A DNA stretch of 64,000 bases, taken from Felis catus. Lineage: Eukaryota. Below are positions 49,801-62,200 of this stretch, one piece after another. The notes beneath the pieces were generated by a model. That model had not been told where the DNA came from. It saw only the letters and a program-made list of their open reading frames with translations, and ran no database searches. The DNA lies in contig NC_058373.1 of assembly GCF_018350175.1 (NCBI RefSeq), forward strand, positions 74,338,001 to 74,402,000. The letters run 5' to 3'. A program made the translations under genes and the position numbers. Within the stretch, counting starts at the first letter, position 1, and each line of letters begins with the position of its first letter.

Positions 49801-52033
49801 CCCAAACTCCCAGCTAGGAGCTGGGGTGAGGCCAGATCAATTTTAAATATCTAAAGATACCCGGAGATAGACAGAAAGCCCCAGCAGTGAGGTAAGGGAT
49901 GGAAATGGGGGTGCACTAATGTGCGTCACAGAGTACTCACCTTGCTCTTGACTTTAACCAAGAAAGTGAGGCAGCAGAGAATACGAACACGTATTGCATC
50001 ACCCAGAGCCACGTTTTTAGCCACCTGCCCAGAGACTAACTTGAATCAGAGACAGGCAAAGAAACTCCCAGCAATATAAGCAGCAGAGGCTGTGCCTGTC
50101 CCCAGCTCACCTCCAGGCAAAATGTGAGGACCTCAGAGAGGTGGGAGGTGATGATGGGCACCTCTGACTCTAGCAATTCATCCAGGGCCTCCACAGCCTC
50201 ACAGGCCTTTGCCTGCCAGACAAACAAGTCATAGGGTTACCATGCTCTTCTTCAGTGGACCAGGCTGGGTGCTCCTACACTCTCCTTCCAATAGACCTCT
50301 TGCCCACATGTCCTCACCTCATCTACAGGGATCAGAGTCTGCATGGCCACAATGAGCTTGGGCACCAACATCCGCGCAAGAGGCTAGAGGACAGAAAGCA
50401 TAATACGGGCTCATCTCAGGCCCCAGAAGCTGGCAGCTTCCTCAAAGCCTGGGCACAAGATGAGCCCAGGTACAGCCACCCACAGTATCCCCTCTCAAGT
50501 GTTAGGAAGCACAAATGGCAGAGAACCTGAAGTAGTTCTGCATCCTGCAAGAATGAGAATATGAAGACCCAAGAATAGGGAACCAAGAAAGGTGAGGACC
50601 CACATCTTACCACGTCATCGGTGCCCAGGTAAGGGGCCATGGTGGTCAGCGTGCGCAGGGAGNNNNNNNNNNNNNNNNNNNNNNNNNNNNNNNNNNNNNN
50701 NNNNNNNNNNNNNNNNNNNNNNNNNNNNNNNNNNNNNNNNNNNNNNNNNNNNNNNNNNNNNNNNNNNNNNNNNNNNNNNNNNNNNNNNNNNNNNNNNNNN
50801 NNAGGGGACGAGAGGAAAGCTTACATGGTCTATCCAGCTTCTTGGTCCCTCCATCCCTCCCTCCCACCGACAATGTGCTAATACCTCTCTCTCTGGTATG
50901 TGAGGGCTGTGGGTACTGTGCTGAAGAAGTTGCATGAGCTGAGGCCAGGCCTCCAGGCCTTCCTTTCGAAAAATGGTGGCTGAGAGCTGGGCCAGGCTAA
51001 GGCTCACAGAGTGCCTGCAAACAGGAGAGATTCCCCCGCCACCCCCAATCATCCTCCAGTACCCTCCCCAGCACACGCTGGGCCTGCCTCAATGGTCTGT
51101 CCAGGAAAGAAACCTTCAAGTGTGGGCAGAGTGTTTGCCAAGTTGGGACACATAAGACCACTAGTGGCTAACAGGGAGACCAGCAGCATGGTGGGTATGT
51201 GATCTGGTGAGCCTCGTTTCATGCAGACTGAATTTCAGTTCTGTTCTTCTGAATAGGATATGGCAGACCTTCACAGCCCATTCTTATGAAGTTTAGTCTT
51301 CAACACGGCCTGAGAACCCTTGCTCCACCCTTGGTCTAGAACTGAAATCTTCCCTTCTCCCTGCCCCAGGCCCTGCCTGGAGCTGAAAGACAAGGCAGAA
51401 ACCCAAAGAGGGTCTCATTAGGGGGTCAGTCAGGATCCCAAGAGGAGGCAGGTAGGAACTTACTGGGTCTCTCTCTGGAAGGCCGACAGGACCAGGGACT
51501 TGAGGCTGGAACACAGGTGGCAGGTGTTGGCACTTGGCCGGCCCAGGAGCCGCCTCCGCCTGGCCCCGCCCCGCCCCTGGCCCTGCCCACCTCTCCCGAT
51601 GCTCAGCTGTCAGCCGTCGCCAGTGGGTGCTCAGTCGTCTACGGGTCAGCACTGCCGAGAACTGGCGGATCTGGGACAAGGAAGCACGCACGTGAGGGTT
51701 TGGGCAGGAAGGTGCTGAACGGGCCGCAGGGGGCAAGCTGGGGGCGTGACCAGTGGCGCACTATGGGACGCTCAGCGGGAAGGGGCAGGAGCCTCACCTG
51801 AGGATCGGCCGCGGAGGCCAGCAGGTCGCAGAGCGCGGGCAGGGCGGCCGGGTCCCGAAGAACGGTCTGGAGCTGCTCAGTGGCCTGGCGGATAGTTTGG
51901 GGGTCAGAGTAGGGCTTTTCCCGCAACCTCCCGCTCGCCCCGGCCGGGTCTACCCTGTCCGTACCCGGCGGATACGCTCGGTGTCCGGCAGCAGCAGCTC
52001 CCGCAGGATCTGCTCCAGGCCGGCGGGCTCCAT
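43801..52033 (-). CDS. IPO4: Importin-4 (HEAT-repeat karyopherin), about 30 short exons
   Basis: ATG 52033 (MEPAGLEQILRELLLPDTERIRR, exon 52033-51965). Then ATEQLQTVLRDPAALPALCDLL (51884-51798), IRQFSAVLTRRRL, acidic loop DESDGEEEEELMDKDEEEEEDSE, YSVENAFFDEKEDTC, ending DKAQELQAVLGLT* (TAG 43803-43801). Part lies in N-run 50663-50802. Minus-strand AATAAA 43598-43593. Not every exon boundary was traced. Confidence 0.95.
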
Positions 52034-52350
52034 GGCAGCAGCCGAGGAGCCGCTACTGGGTGGGGAGGGGGGAGGGACAGCACGTGGAGGCCCCGAAACC
52101 CATTTCCGGCGGAAAGGGCGTTGCTCCGAGCCCCTCCCGTCACCAGGGTGATTCAACTCGCTTCCCACCCGGAGCTCTCTTTGCCACTTCCGTTGGCCTC
52201 AGCGCCGGCTGAGCCGCGGAAACAGGCCCTGGCAGTGAAGGTTCCCCCAGTCGAGAGTTCCCAAGCTCCGCGTAAAACTCGAGTTCCGTGCGTGCCGGGC
52301 CGACCCGGTTTTCTAAAGGGACACTACCCTTAACCGCAGGGCTCGAGTTC
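52034..52350 (-). promoter_or_regulatory. IPO4 CpG promoter squeezed against the TM9SF1 3' end
   Basis: CpG-rich, ETS-like CCGGAA/CGGAAG cores near 52104 and 52186. Confidence 0.55.
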
Positions 52351-52655
52351 CTATATCCAGACCAAACCCTCCAACTACAGGATCCTTTTTCTTAATAAAT
52401 TTTATTTTGATAATTGTAAAAAGAAAAATCAGGACCAAAACTAAAGGCAACTTAAAAAGTTCAAATATATACTCCTTATATAATAGAGATTTGTAATTTC
52501 CAGGCCCTCTGGGGGAAGAGGGGCCCAAAGGGCAAAGGGGAAGTAGATAATGCCATCACACAATTCAGTCAATCAGAAGAGACGTTGGTAAGAGATCAGT
52601 GGGTCTCTGGACGTGAAGAATGGGAGAAAAGATCAATAGTTTTGNNNNNNNNNNN

Positions 52656-55600
52656 NNNNNNNNNNNNNNNNNNNNNNNNNNNNNNNNNNNNNNNNNNNNN
52701 NNNNNNNNNNNNNNNNNNNNNNNNNNNNNNNNNNNNNNNNNNNNNNNNNNNNNNNNNNNNNNNNNNNNNNNNNNNNACTGTCTGTACTGCCCCTGACATG
52801 TTGGAGCGCCGAGCATAGTAGAAAACCGAGTAGAGGAAGATGAANNNNNNNNNNNNNNNNNNNNNNNNNNNNNNNNNNNNNNNNNNNNNNNNNNNNNNNN
52901 NNNNNNNNNNNNNNNNNNNNNNNNNNNNNNNNNNNNNNNNNNNNNNNNNNNNNNNNNNNNNNNNNNNNNNNNNNNNNNNNNNNNNNNNNNNNTACTGTTC
53001 CCGACCCCATACTGTGGCAAAGATGTAGTACAGCTCCACAGAGATGGCACTGTGAAGAGAAGAGAGGATACACAGCATTAAAGGGCTGTGCACTGCCAGC
53101 ACAGTGGCCAGGTCAAAATCCAGCCACCCCCCTCCATGTTACCGGGTCACTGTGGAAAGTGGGTCCACTCCACTCCCTGCCCTACAGTTCCTGGCTCCGT
53201 GGGGACTCTTTTACCCATGACTAGCTGTGCTCATTTCAAGAACAGCTTCCCTGATAGGTTGAGAGCAAGGATCCTGTCTGTTTTATTTTCTGCTCTATAT
53301 TATCTGCCTGGCACTAGAGGTACTCAAAAAATTGGACAGACAATCACATGGGCTTTAAGCCCCAGCTGGTGCCTGTGGACACTAAAGTCAGAAACCAGGA
53401 AGGCAGTGAATGGAGAAATGTCTTTGGAGAGCTTTATAAGTGAGCCACCCTCATCTTTGAGTTGATTTAAGCTGAGTCCTGCTTGGATACAGGAGGAACT
53501 ATTTAATGATCTCTTAATTGTGCACCTGAACCAGGGATCATCACTCTTGTTGGGTCAGGGTACTGAGAAAGGCAGTTAAAGTCGGGAACCTGAGAATGAT
53601 GGCCAGAGCATAAAGGGAGGATACCTGAAAGGCAGGAAGCCTCCAACCGTCATGTGGATGAGCGTAGACTTGTACCAGGGCTGGGGCGGGATTTCCCGGG
53701 CGATGTTCTTGGTGCGACAAGGTGCATCAAAGGAGCTAGCGTTGTTCTTCCCGAAGATGCCTCCAATGNNNNNNNNNNNNNNNNNNNNNNNNNNNNNNNN
53801 NNNNNNNNNNNNNNNNNNNNNNNNNNNNNNNNNNNNNNNNNNNNNNNNNNNNNNNNNNNNNNNNNNNNNNNNNNNNNNNNNNNNNNNNNNNNNNNNNNNN
53901 NNNNNNNNNNNNNNNNNNNNNNNNGGTCAGCTGTAGGAACATCCCTGGGGCCACCCACTCTGACTAGACCTAACAGGGAGAGAGGTGAAGCATCCTGCTC
54001 CCAGGCTGACCTCCCCTTTTCACATCCCATAGTTCTCAGTTCCTTATCTTACCAACATCCCTTCCCCCATCCATTATCATTAAGGGTCAAGGCAGCTGTT
54101 ACATAATGATCAAAGAGAAACACAATCCACCTGCCTCCCAGGGCTTGTTCTGCTGTAGCATTGGTGATTCCTAGCATGACCCATTCCTTTGGCTTAAGGC
54201 CCTATTTTCAGAAAATCCTCTTCAAACATAAATGTGACGGAGTATAAATCAGACACTCAAGATTGGGAACACGAAAGGTTCAAAATGCATACTACTACTG
54301 CTGCCTTTGAAAGGACAAGCTGGCTTGTAAGGCTAGAGTGGGGTAGCCGCCTGCAAATAAAAAAAAACAAACTTATTTTGGCGGGGACACCTGGGTGACT
54401 CAGTCAGTTAAGCGTCCGACTTTGGCTCAGGTCATGATCTCATGCTTTGTGGGTTCAAGCCCCATATTAGGCTCTCTACTCAGTGCAAAGCCCACTTCAG
54501 ATCCTCTGTCCTCCTCTCTCTACCCCTCCCCCACTGATGCGTGCACATGTTCTCTCTCAAAAATAAACGTTAAAAAAAATTTTTTTTTTTTTAAGTAGGC
54601 TCTAAGCCCAGCGCAGAGCCCAATGTGGGGCTTGAACTCACAACCCTGAGATCATGACCTGAACCAAGATCAAGAGGGGGACACCTAACCGACTGAGCCA
54701 TCCAGGTGCCCCCCAAAAAACTTTTAAAAAGGGACTATCAAGAAATATGTTCAAGAAAGAGTGTTATTTCACTCTTAACATAATGGTTAAGAATACAGGC
54801 TCTAGAGTCAGACTGCCTGCATCTAAAACCTGGTTTGCTTCCTCTTAGGAGTGTAATTTCAGGCAAATTGCTTAACCAGCCTTCAATTTCCTCATCTGTA
54901 AAAATGGGGACAATATTAACTCCCGCATAGGGCTATTGTGGAGATTAAATCGATGAAGGCATGCAGAGTGCTTACCATGCTGCCTAGAATATTTTAAGGA
55001 CTTAATTTTTAAACTATGCAAAAGAAATGCAGTCTTGTCTTTTGAATGGTTTTCTTGTTTCTTTTGCCCATTTTCATTCCCTTAAGGCCTTAGCTCTAAC
55101 TCTATCCCAGGTTCCATGATGTGTTGTAAGTTCCTAAACCCTCAGTCGCCAGGCCAGCCCACCAGGGAAAGGGCAGTCCTCACCNNNNNNNNNNNNNNNN
55201 NNNNNNNNNNNNNNNNNNNNNNNNNNNNNNNNNNNNNNNNNNNNNNNNNNNNNNNNNNNNNNNNNNNNNNNNNNNNNNNNNNNNNNNNNNNNNNNNNNNN
55301 NNNNNNNNNNNNNNNNNNNNNNNNNNNNNNNNNNNNNNNNNNNNNNNNNNNNNNNNNNNNNNNNNNNNNNNNNNNNNNNNTAGTGGAAAGCCTGTGTCAG
55401 GTCTCCCCTGTCCCTTTTCTGACAACTTCAGAGGAATCATCCCCCTTTCTCCCAGACCCAAGGAAAACAATATCCCCTAATTCTGTTGTTCAGCAAACCT
55501 ACAACTGAATATACACATGCTTGTTAAAGCCACCCACCCCTTAGGTTTGCCTCTCACCTTGGAAAGAAGAGAAGATCTGCAGATCTTTCCAGAACAAACC

Positions 55601-57421
55601 ACCAACTTAGTTCTACCCCTTGAGAGANNNNNNNNNNNNNNNNNNNNNNNNNNNNNNNNNNNNNNNNNNNNNNNNNNNNNNNNNNNNNNNNNNNNNNNNN
55701 NNNNNNNNNNNNNNNNNNNNNNNNNNNNNNNNNNNNNNNNNNNNNNNNNNNNNNNNNNNNNNNNNNNNNNNNNNNAGTCATCACCAGAACCTGCAGAGGT
55801 AGTCTCCTCATCCAAGTTGTATCGAGCCAGGTCGTTTCGAAGCACACGCATGAGAATGACAGCCACAAAACCCACCAGTAAAAACACAAGCACCATGGAA
55901 TTGATGATGGACAACCAATGGATTTCCAGTGTTCGGGGAAAGAAACCACTGTCATCGCCACGGCGCCTGTCACTCCGACGTTCCACTGAAGTCTCAGACC
56001 AGCGCACGCTGTAGGTGTGGGTGAGGCCTAAGAACTCATCAGGTCGTAACCCATCTAAGCTGTGGGGCTTGACATCCCGCACAGAGACATTGGCAAATAT
56101 AATTCGGTCTCCGTGGAATTCTAGGTGGAAGTCCAGATGGGTCCAAAGCCCTATCTTGTGGCTGTGAGGCAGGAAGCCACTCTCCTCCATGTAGCCCACA
56201 AAGCCACGGATTGGCAAATCATCCACTACAAATTCAAAGTAATACAGTTCCTCAATGGCCTGGCGCAGTTGCTCCACCTACAAAGAGCAAGTCAGGAGTC
56301 AGATACGGCCTCCCCAGGCATAGCGTTAGAGCAAGGTTCCACAGCCTGGACACTTCTGACATTCTGGGCTGGATAATTTTTATTGTGGGGAGCTGTCCTG
56401 TGCACTGTAATATGTACCATCCCTGGCTTCTTCCCACTAGGTGTCAGTAGCACCCCCCCCCAGCCCCCCTCCTGGCAGTGACAACCAAAATTATCTCTGG
56501 ACATTGCCAAATATACCTTGGGAGACAAAATTGCCCCCTGCTGAGAACCACTAGGTTAGAACCTAGTATGCTGGGATTCTCCAAAACGAGCAATGTGACT
56601 TGACAGGGTTAAGGTGTAGAAAAAGGAGAAAGGCAAGGTGTCAGAAGGTCTGGAGTAGACTAAAGAAAAGTGCCCTAAGATAGGATTTGCTAAAGAAAAA
56701 AAAGCATCACAGGAAAGAGTAGAGTGTAAAGGAGCCAGTTAAGAAAGCCAAGAGGTTAAGTATGGAAGGAAACAACTATATAGGAGTGATAGTTGGGACC
56801 TTGTTACCAACAGAGCAGCCTGGAGTCCGGAGCCCTGGGCTCTAATACCACCTCTGCAATTCAGTATCCATGTGGTCTTGGAAAGTCACTTTTGAGCAAG
56901 TACGTTTCTTCCTCAACTGAATGCAAATAATACCACCTGTCCTGACTACCTGGTGGGATTGTAGTTAGAGTTAAGTCAGATCATTTCCATAAAGGTGCTA
57001 TAAGACCATAAATTGTAAGACACCGTTTAGTCCCTGGGAGGGAGGGCTGACTTCTAGCCAATGTGGAGAGGCTGACCTGTGCAGAACTGAGCTGCATGTG
57101 GCACAGGATTCTCTTCTCCACATTCTCCCGAAAACGTATCTCGTACAAAGACTCAGCCATTCGGTCCCCATCCAACACTTCACCCAGGCTAAGGCTTTTG
57201 TGTCGTATCTTCTCAGGGCAGCAGACCGGAAGCTGATAGTAGTGGTAAGTCTCCTGAGGGTTGTGGTAGGGTCCCACTTTGTTGACATATAGAATGACGG
57301 GGTCACCGGCCTTGTAGTGTGTCACACCTTCCACCCCAGGCTCATGGCCTGTGCCCAGCAGCAGCATCAGAAGTGACAACCACTGGTAGCTCCAACTCCG
57401 CGGGTGCCCTAGGACTGTCAT
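52656..57421 (-). CDS. TM9SF1: Transmembrane 9 superfamily member 1 (nonaspanin); stop codon hidden in an N-run, so the low coordinate is estimated
   Basis: Exon 57421-57077 (signal peptide, [24 protein letters not shown]). Exon from 56277 ([13 protein letters not shown]...[10 protein letters not shown]). One exon inferred in N-run 55185-55380. Exon ending 53625 (GGFLPFS). Last exon from 53049 ([10 protein letters not shown]...[13 protein letters not shown]) runs into N-run 52645-52776. Non-coding exon 1 donor next to 58079; minus-strand AATAAA 52406-52401. Confidence 0.93.
54383..54713. mobile_element. Tail-to-tail inverted CAN-SINE pair in a TM9SF1 intron
   Basis: A plus copy (54383 to about 54579) abuts a short minus copy (about 54580-54713). 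Confidence 0.8.
54770..54990 (+). mobile_element. MIR
   Basis: GGTTAAGAATACAGGCTCTAGAGTCAGACTGCCTG and TTTCCTCATCTGTAAAAATGGGG core. Confidence 0.75.
56332..56553 (+). mobile_element. MER20 hAT-Charlie DNA transposon
   Basis: GGGCTGGATAATT..TGTCCTGTGCACTGTA..GTGACAACCAAAA..GACATTGCCAAAT..TGAGAACCACT; degenerate 8-bp flanks cgttagag and ggttagaa. Confidence 0.85.
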
Positions 57422-57499
57422 CCTTAAGGCAGCAGTACCTGTTTGGGGGAGTCCTGCAGTTATGGAAACCAATTCCTGACGCCCCAGGTCAAGTCGTTC

Positions 57500-58600
57500 G
57501 AACCGCTCCAATTCCTCCCCTTGGGTTCTCCAACCCTCCTTCGGGAGGCCGCCTCCCGACCCCCAGACAACACTGTCACACTGTCCTCCTTTGCTCTCCT
57601 GTTCTCTCAGTCTGGGGCCCCCCTCCCGCAGCCCGCCTGCCCGGGACCTCCCCGCGCCCCAGCCCGTTTCCATGGCAACGCCACGCGGCCTCGCACCTCA
57701 GGCACCTTCCCGCGGCCCCCGCGGGGTCCTCACCGCACGGGAAGGGCTGGCCGAGGCGGCGCCCGCGGCCTCTGCGGCCCCGTAGCTGCCCTTGGGTTCC
57801 TGCCGGGGTCTCCCCCCCTGAGCGGCGCGCTAGCGGCGGCCCGGGAAGGACCTGACGACCGACCTCCACGGGGTTGGCCGCCGCGGTGCCTGATTGCAGC
57901 GGCTGTTGCCACACCATACGGTAGACCGCACTGAGTTCAGTTAAGTGTTCGCCGACTAGCTTTCTCCAGTCGGGAGCCCGGCCCAGCTCTGGAGAGCCCG
58001 CAAGGCCCGGCTAGCCCGTCCCCCGGCGGTGGGCCCTCCCGGCGATCTGGAGAGCAGCCCGAGACACGTCAGTCTTACCACTTCCGCCTCACCCGCGGGG
58101 ACCTCAGCCGGGCGGAAAGCTCCTTTTCTGGAGCCTAGTGGGGACCACGCCCCCGATGCTGCGGCCGGTGCGCTCCTCCGCCGACGGTCTTTCGGGCAGG
58201 GACTGAGGCTGAGGCCTGGCTGCGGGGACGCGGACGCCACTTTGGGGTAAGAGTCGCTGCCGGGCCTCTCGCCCGTCCCAGGGAAGACTTGGGGGCACCT
58301 GCCGGCAGAGGCCGGAGAGCCGTGCCCGCCGCACGCGCCCAGTAACTGTCCAGGAAAAGGAGCCCGGTTGGTAGACGCCCAGGAGCATTTGCCGGCTGAA
58401 CCGGTGGGTCTCGCCACCGAATGCAGAGGGCGAGCTCAGAGAGGCGGTTGATGGCCCCCAACCCGGGCGAAGGTGAGACTTTGGGCGTCGCTGTGCTGGG
58501 ACATCGAGGGCACAGTACGTGCACGTGTCCTGGAATCTGCATCTCATCTCACTGCTCCTCTTCCAACCCGTCACGAGTGGCCTCCCGCCAAAAAATAAAT
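57500..58600 (-). promoter_or_regulatory. TM9SF1 CpG island with non-coding exon 1 and an RFX X-box
   Basis: CpG-dense; donor GTG|GTAAGA next to 58079; GTTTCCATGGCAAC at 57666-57679. Confidence 0.65.
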
Positions 58601-58830
58601 ACATAAGTAAAAATGTCTTCCGGAGGCTGTGCTGGAAGCCTCCCGGCCAAATAATGACAGTCCCATGTTCGAAGACAGGCAAGCCTGAGGCAGGTCTGGT
58701 GCAGAGACACGCAAAGAGACAGGGTGTCAGCCCTTTTATCGGGTGAGTTGGGCAGCCTGGCAGGGTTATTGTTAACCTGCAGGCAAAGAATCTTGGTATA
58801 TGTTCGACTCTTTCGGTGTTCTTGTTATTT

Positions 58831-58832
<2 letters not shown>

Positions 58833-58879
<47 letters not shown>

Positions 58880-58894
58880 CGCGCGCGCATGCGT
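58833..58894. repeat. (GT)22 microsatellite followed by a (GC)n tract
   Basis: Read directly from the sequence. Confidence 0.95.
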
Positions 58895-60799
58895 TTGGGC
58901 TTCTCAATTTTATATTGCAGATTACTCTGGAAAAGTTTACCCTTGCCTGTCTTGGCTATTTTAAGGGTATCTGCCATTGGGAGAGTTTTGAAGCTCAGAC
59001 CCAGGGGCAGTGACTTCCGTTTGGCCACTTGGGGGCAACATGTAAGGATGCAGATTTAAGGTTCCCTTTCCCTGGGTAAAGAAGTAGTGCCTCACCTCCC
59101 TGTAGGAGGAGGTGAGGTTCCAGGAAGTAGGGGATTGAGTTTTTTAGATAATCAGTGGATTTTGTAATTAGAAAAGTAATTTAGAGAAGCCAGAAACCTG
59201 CGACTCTCTCACTCCCCTGTCCCCAGGGGACATCCTCTTCAGATCAGTGCCACCAAGCCCCCCTGCTTATTTCCTGAATATTTTCCAATACTTGCCCTCG
59301 TTGCAGCTGCCTTGGTTCAGGTCCCACCCTCTCTCACCTAAATTACCATGATAGCCACCTTGCTAGTGTCCTGGTCACCTCCCAACTTGGATCCATTTTC
59401 CATACTGCTGCTATAAAGATTTTTTTAAAAATATGTGTCCTATTTCCAGCAACAGTGGTTCTGAAATCTTGGTGCTCATCAGATTGAACCAAAAGCTTAT
59501 TTAAAACATAGAGACCTGGGTCCCACCAAATCAGGATCTTAGAGGAGGGGGTGACTGGTCATTATTTTTTAACAGGCTTTGATTTTGACTAAAATTTGAC
59601 CATGAGTACATAGGATAAATTCTTAAAAGCTTGGCATATGAGACCTGTCAGACCTGGATCTTTACTTCTCCAGGTACATTACCCTTTTGGAACCCTGTCC
59701 TGTGTTCAAACTGGAATCTTGAATGTCGTGTTCTCTCAAGTCTACAAGCTTATGTAGCTCCTTTTGCCTAGACTGCCCAGTCTACCATTCCCTACTTACC
59801 TGCCTGGAGACTTCTAACAGTGCAAATGCTTCCCCTATAAAGCCTGCTTTTACATCTTCCAGTCTTTGATTATAGCACTTTACCTCACTGGACTGTTATT
59901 TTACTTCTGTGTCTGTCTTCCTTGTTAATTGCTAACTACTCACAGGAAGACTAAGTTATACATCTTGATATCCTTGGCAGTGCTTTTGTATAAAGTCGGC
60001 AGCTTAATACATGTTTTTCAAATGAACTGGTTTACCCCCTGCACAATGATAACACAGCTGCCACCAGGCTGCCCATCCAAGGGCCAGCAAACCATCCAGA
60101 GGGTGGGGCTGTGTGGCTCTCCTTACCATGGTGTGCCCTGGACAACTCATCTTGGTAGATCGAGGATGTAGATTAGGCTTCCAACAAACTTTGGAACCAT
60201 CCTGCCAGCAGGATCAGCAGGCTGTCAGTAAATAGGAATTTACCAGTAGTCTATGGCATAATCTTTTGTTGGGAGTTGTTTTGCTTTGGAAGATAGAAAT
60301 GTGATTCTTCCCTGAGTGTCACTCCCCACCCCCACCCCCCCATCCCCCCCCCACAGTCTTAAATCCAGGTTAACCCTTCAATGACCACAATCTCTGTCAT
60401 TCCCTGCAACCTGCTTTTTTCTAGCTTGTCTTCCTTACCCATGCAGCTTAGATTTGGCATTCCATCATTTCAGCCACATTCTTGACTGTGTTCTTGATGC
60501 CTCTCTTCCATTATTGTTTCATTCCAGCTGCCAAGTGAAACCTTAATCTTGGGTTCATATTCAAGAACTGTCAGTATTCAAGCACCTATACCCAAGATGA
60601 ATCTTAACATTGTGTTAAAATCGTGTGTCTATAAATTGTGTTTTTAACCTCAGTTGGACCCCCAGTGCTGCTCAGTGATCCTGTTCATTTTCCAGATCAG
60701 CTCTCTTATTCTGCACAACCCATTCTTCTCAAACCTCTGACTTCATCTCCCTCTTCTTGCCAGTTGACCTCCCTGACAGCCTAGTGGGAGATGCAAGCA

Positions 60800-61084
60800 G
60801 AAAAAAAAACACAGTTACAGGCACTGTGACAGAGAAAGTATTGGGGCTCTGGGAGCACCCAGGAGGGAGGAACATCCAATTTGCTCTTGAGCAGTTGGTA
60901 AAGGTGTCCTTAAAACAGCTTATGAGCTAAGTCCTGAAGGGAGAGTAGGGGTTTGCCAGACAGAGAAAGCAATGAAAGAAAAGTAATTCTGTTTGACTGT
61001 AGCATTGCATGTAGGTTAAAAGATAAAATTGGAGAAGTAAGCAGGGTCAGATATATAAATATATAAATATAAATATAAATATAA

Positions 61085-61140
<56 letters not shown>

Positions 61141-62200
61141 TTGGACTTGATCCTGAGGAGAATGGGGAGACACTGAATTGTTTTAAGTGGGCATAAAATC
61201 AGATTTACACCTTGGAGTTGAGGGTGAAGACTGGAGGGGAGCAGAAAGCTTGCCAGAGCGATCAGTTGAGAACTGAAAGAGGCTTCAGCTAAGGCAGTGA
61301 CAGCTGCTCCGGGGAGCCTGAAACATACTGTTAAAAATACTTAGGAGGTAGAAGAGACAGAATTTGGTGACAGATTGGATGTAGGGGCTGAGGTAGAGGG
61401 AAGGGTCCAGGTGACATTTGGGTGTGTGAACTGAAAACAACTAGTATAGAACTTACAGAAAGAGGAAACCTAGGGCAAGAACATACAGACTTCAGTTTTG
61501 GACATGGCACGTTGAAGATACAAACATGTCCATGTGAATCCAGCAAGCAGTTGGATGCTGGATCTGGAACTCCAGAGACATCTGAGATAGACAAGATTAG
61601 GAGCAGTCAGAATGGATGTAATAAATAAGGTGTTGGGAATGGGGGAGATCCTAAAGGATGAGGACATAAGACCTATGGTAGAAACTTTGCGGTATGATTA
61701 AGGGACAGACAGAGAAGATAAGGCTCCAGTGAAGTGTGAGGAGTGGCCAGAGGGATAGGAGGAATCCTACAGAATTTAAGGTCATGGAAAGCAAGATAAG
61801 AATGCATTTCAAGGTTCAGAGGTGGAATCAGGTGGAATCTATTCCACCCTTTCAATCCGAGTGATCCTTGTAATCTTGCAACCATCTTTACTGGTGTAAA
61901 GCTATGGAAGTGATGCTTTGTGGTTTTGGAGCCTAGGTTTCAATTGATCATACAATTTCTGATTTTTTTTTTTCTCTTGAAATTCAGTGCTACTGTGTGA
62001 AGGAACTCTGGCTAGTCTGCTGGATAGTGAGACCATATGCAGCAGAAACAAACGATCCCAGCAAAGATGAGACCGCTGGAAGAACCACCCAACTGAGCCC
62101 AGCTCAACTTGCAAAAAAAAAAAAAAAGGTGGTTGTTTTAAGCCAGAAAAACATTTTAAGGTTAAGATTCCTTAGAATATGTTTCTACAACACCTTATAA
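60800..62200 (-). mobile_element. Degraded L2 fragments followed by an MLT1-like LTR fragment (about 61850-62200)
   Basis: L2-like TTCAGTTTTGGACATG..GTTGAAGAT and GGATCTGGAACTC; MLT-like ACCCAACTGAGCCCAGC and GGTTGTTTTAAGCC. Subfamily and orientation uncertain. Confidence 0.5.
61051..61140. repeat. Compound (TATAAA)n-(TA)n microsatellite
   Basis: Read directly from the sequence. Confidence 0.95.

Noticed and set aside
60910-61173. ORF with an IY repeat, and HT/CV-repeat ORFs near 58830
   Set aside because: Translations of microsatellites.
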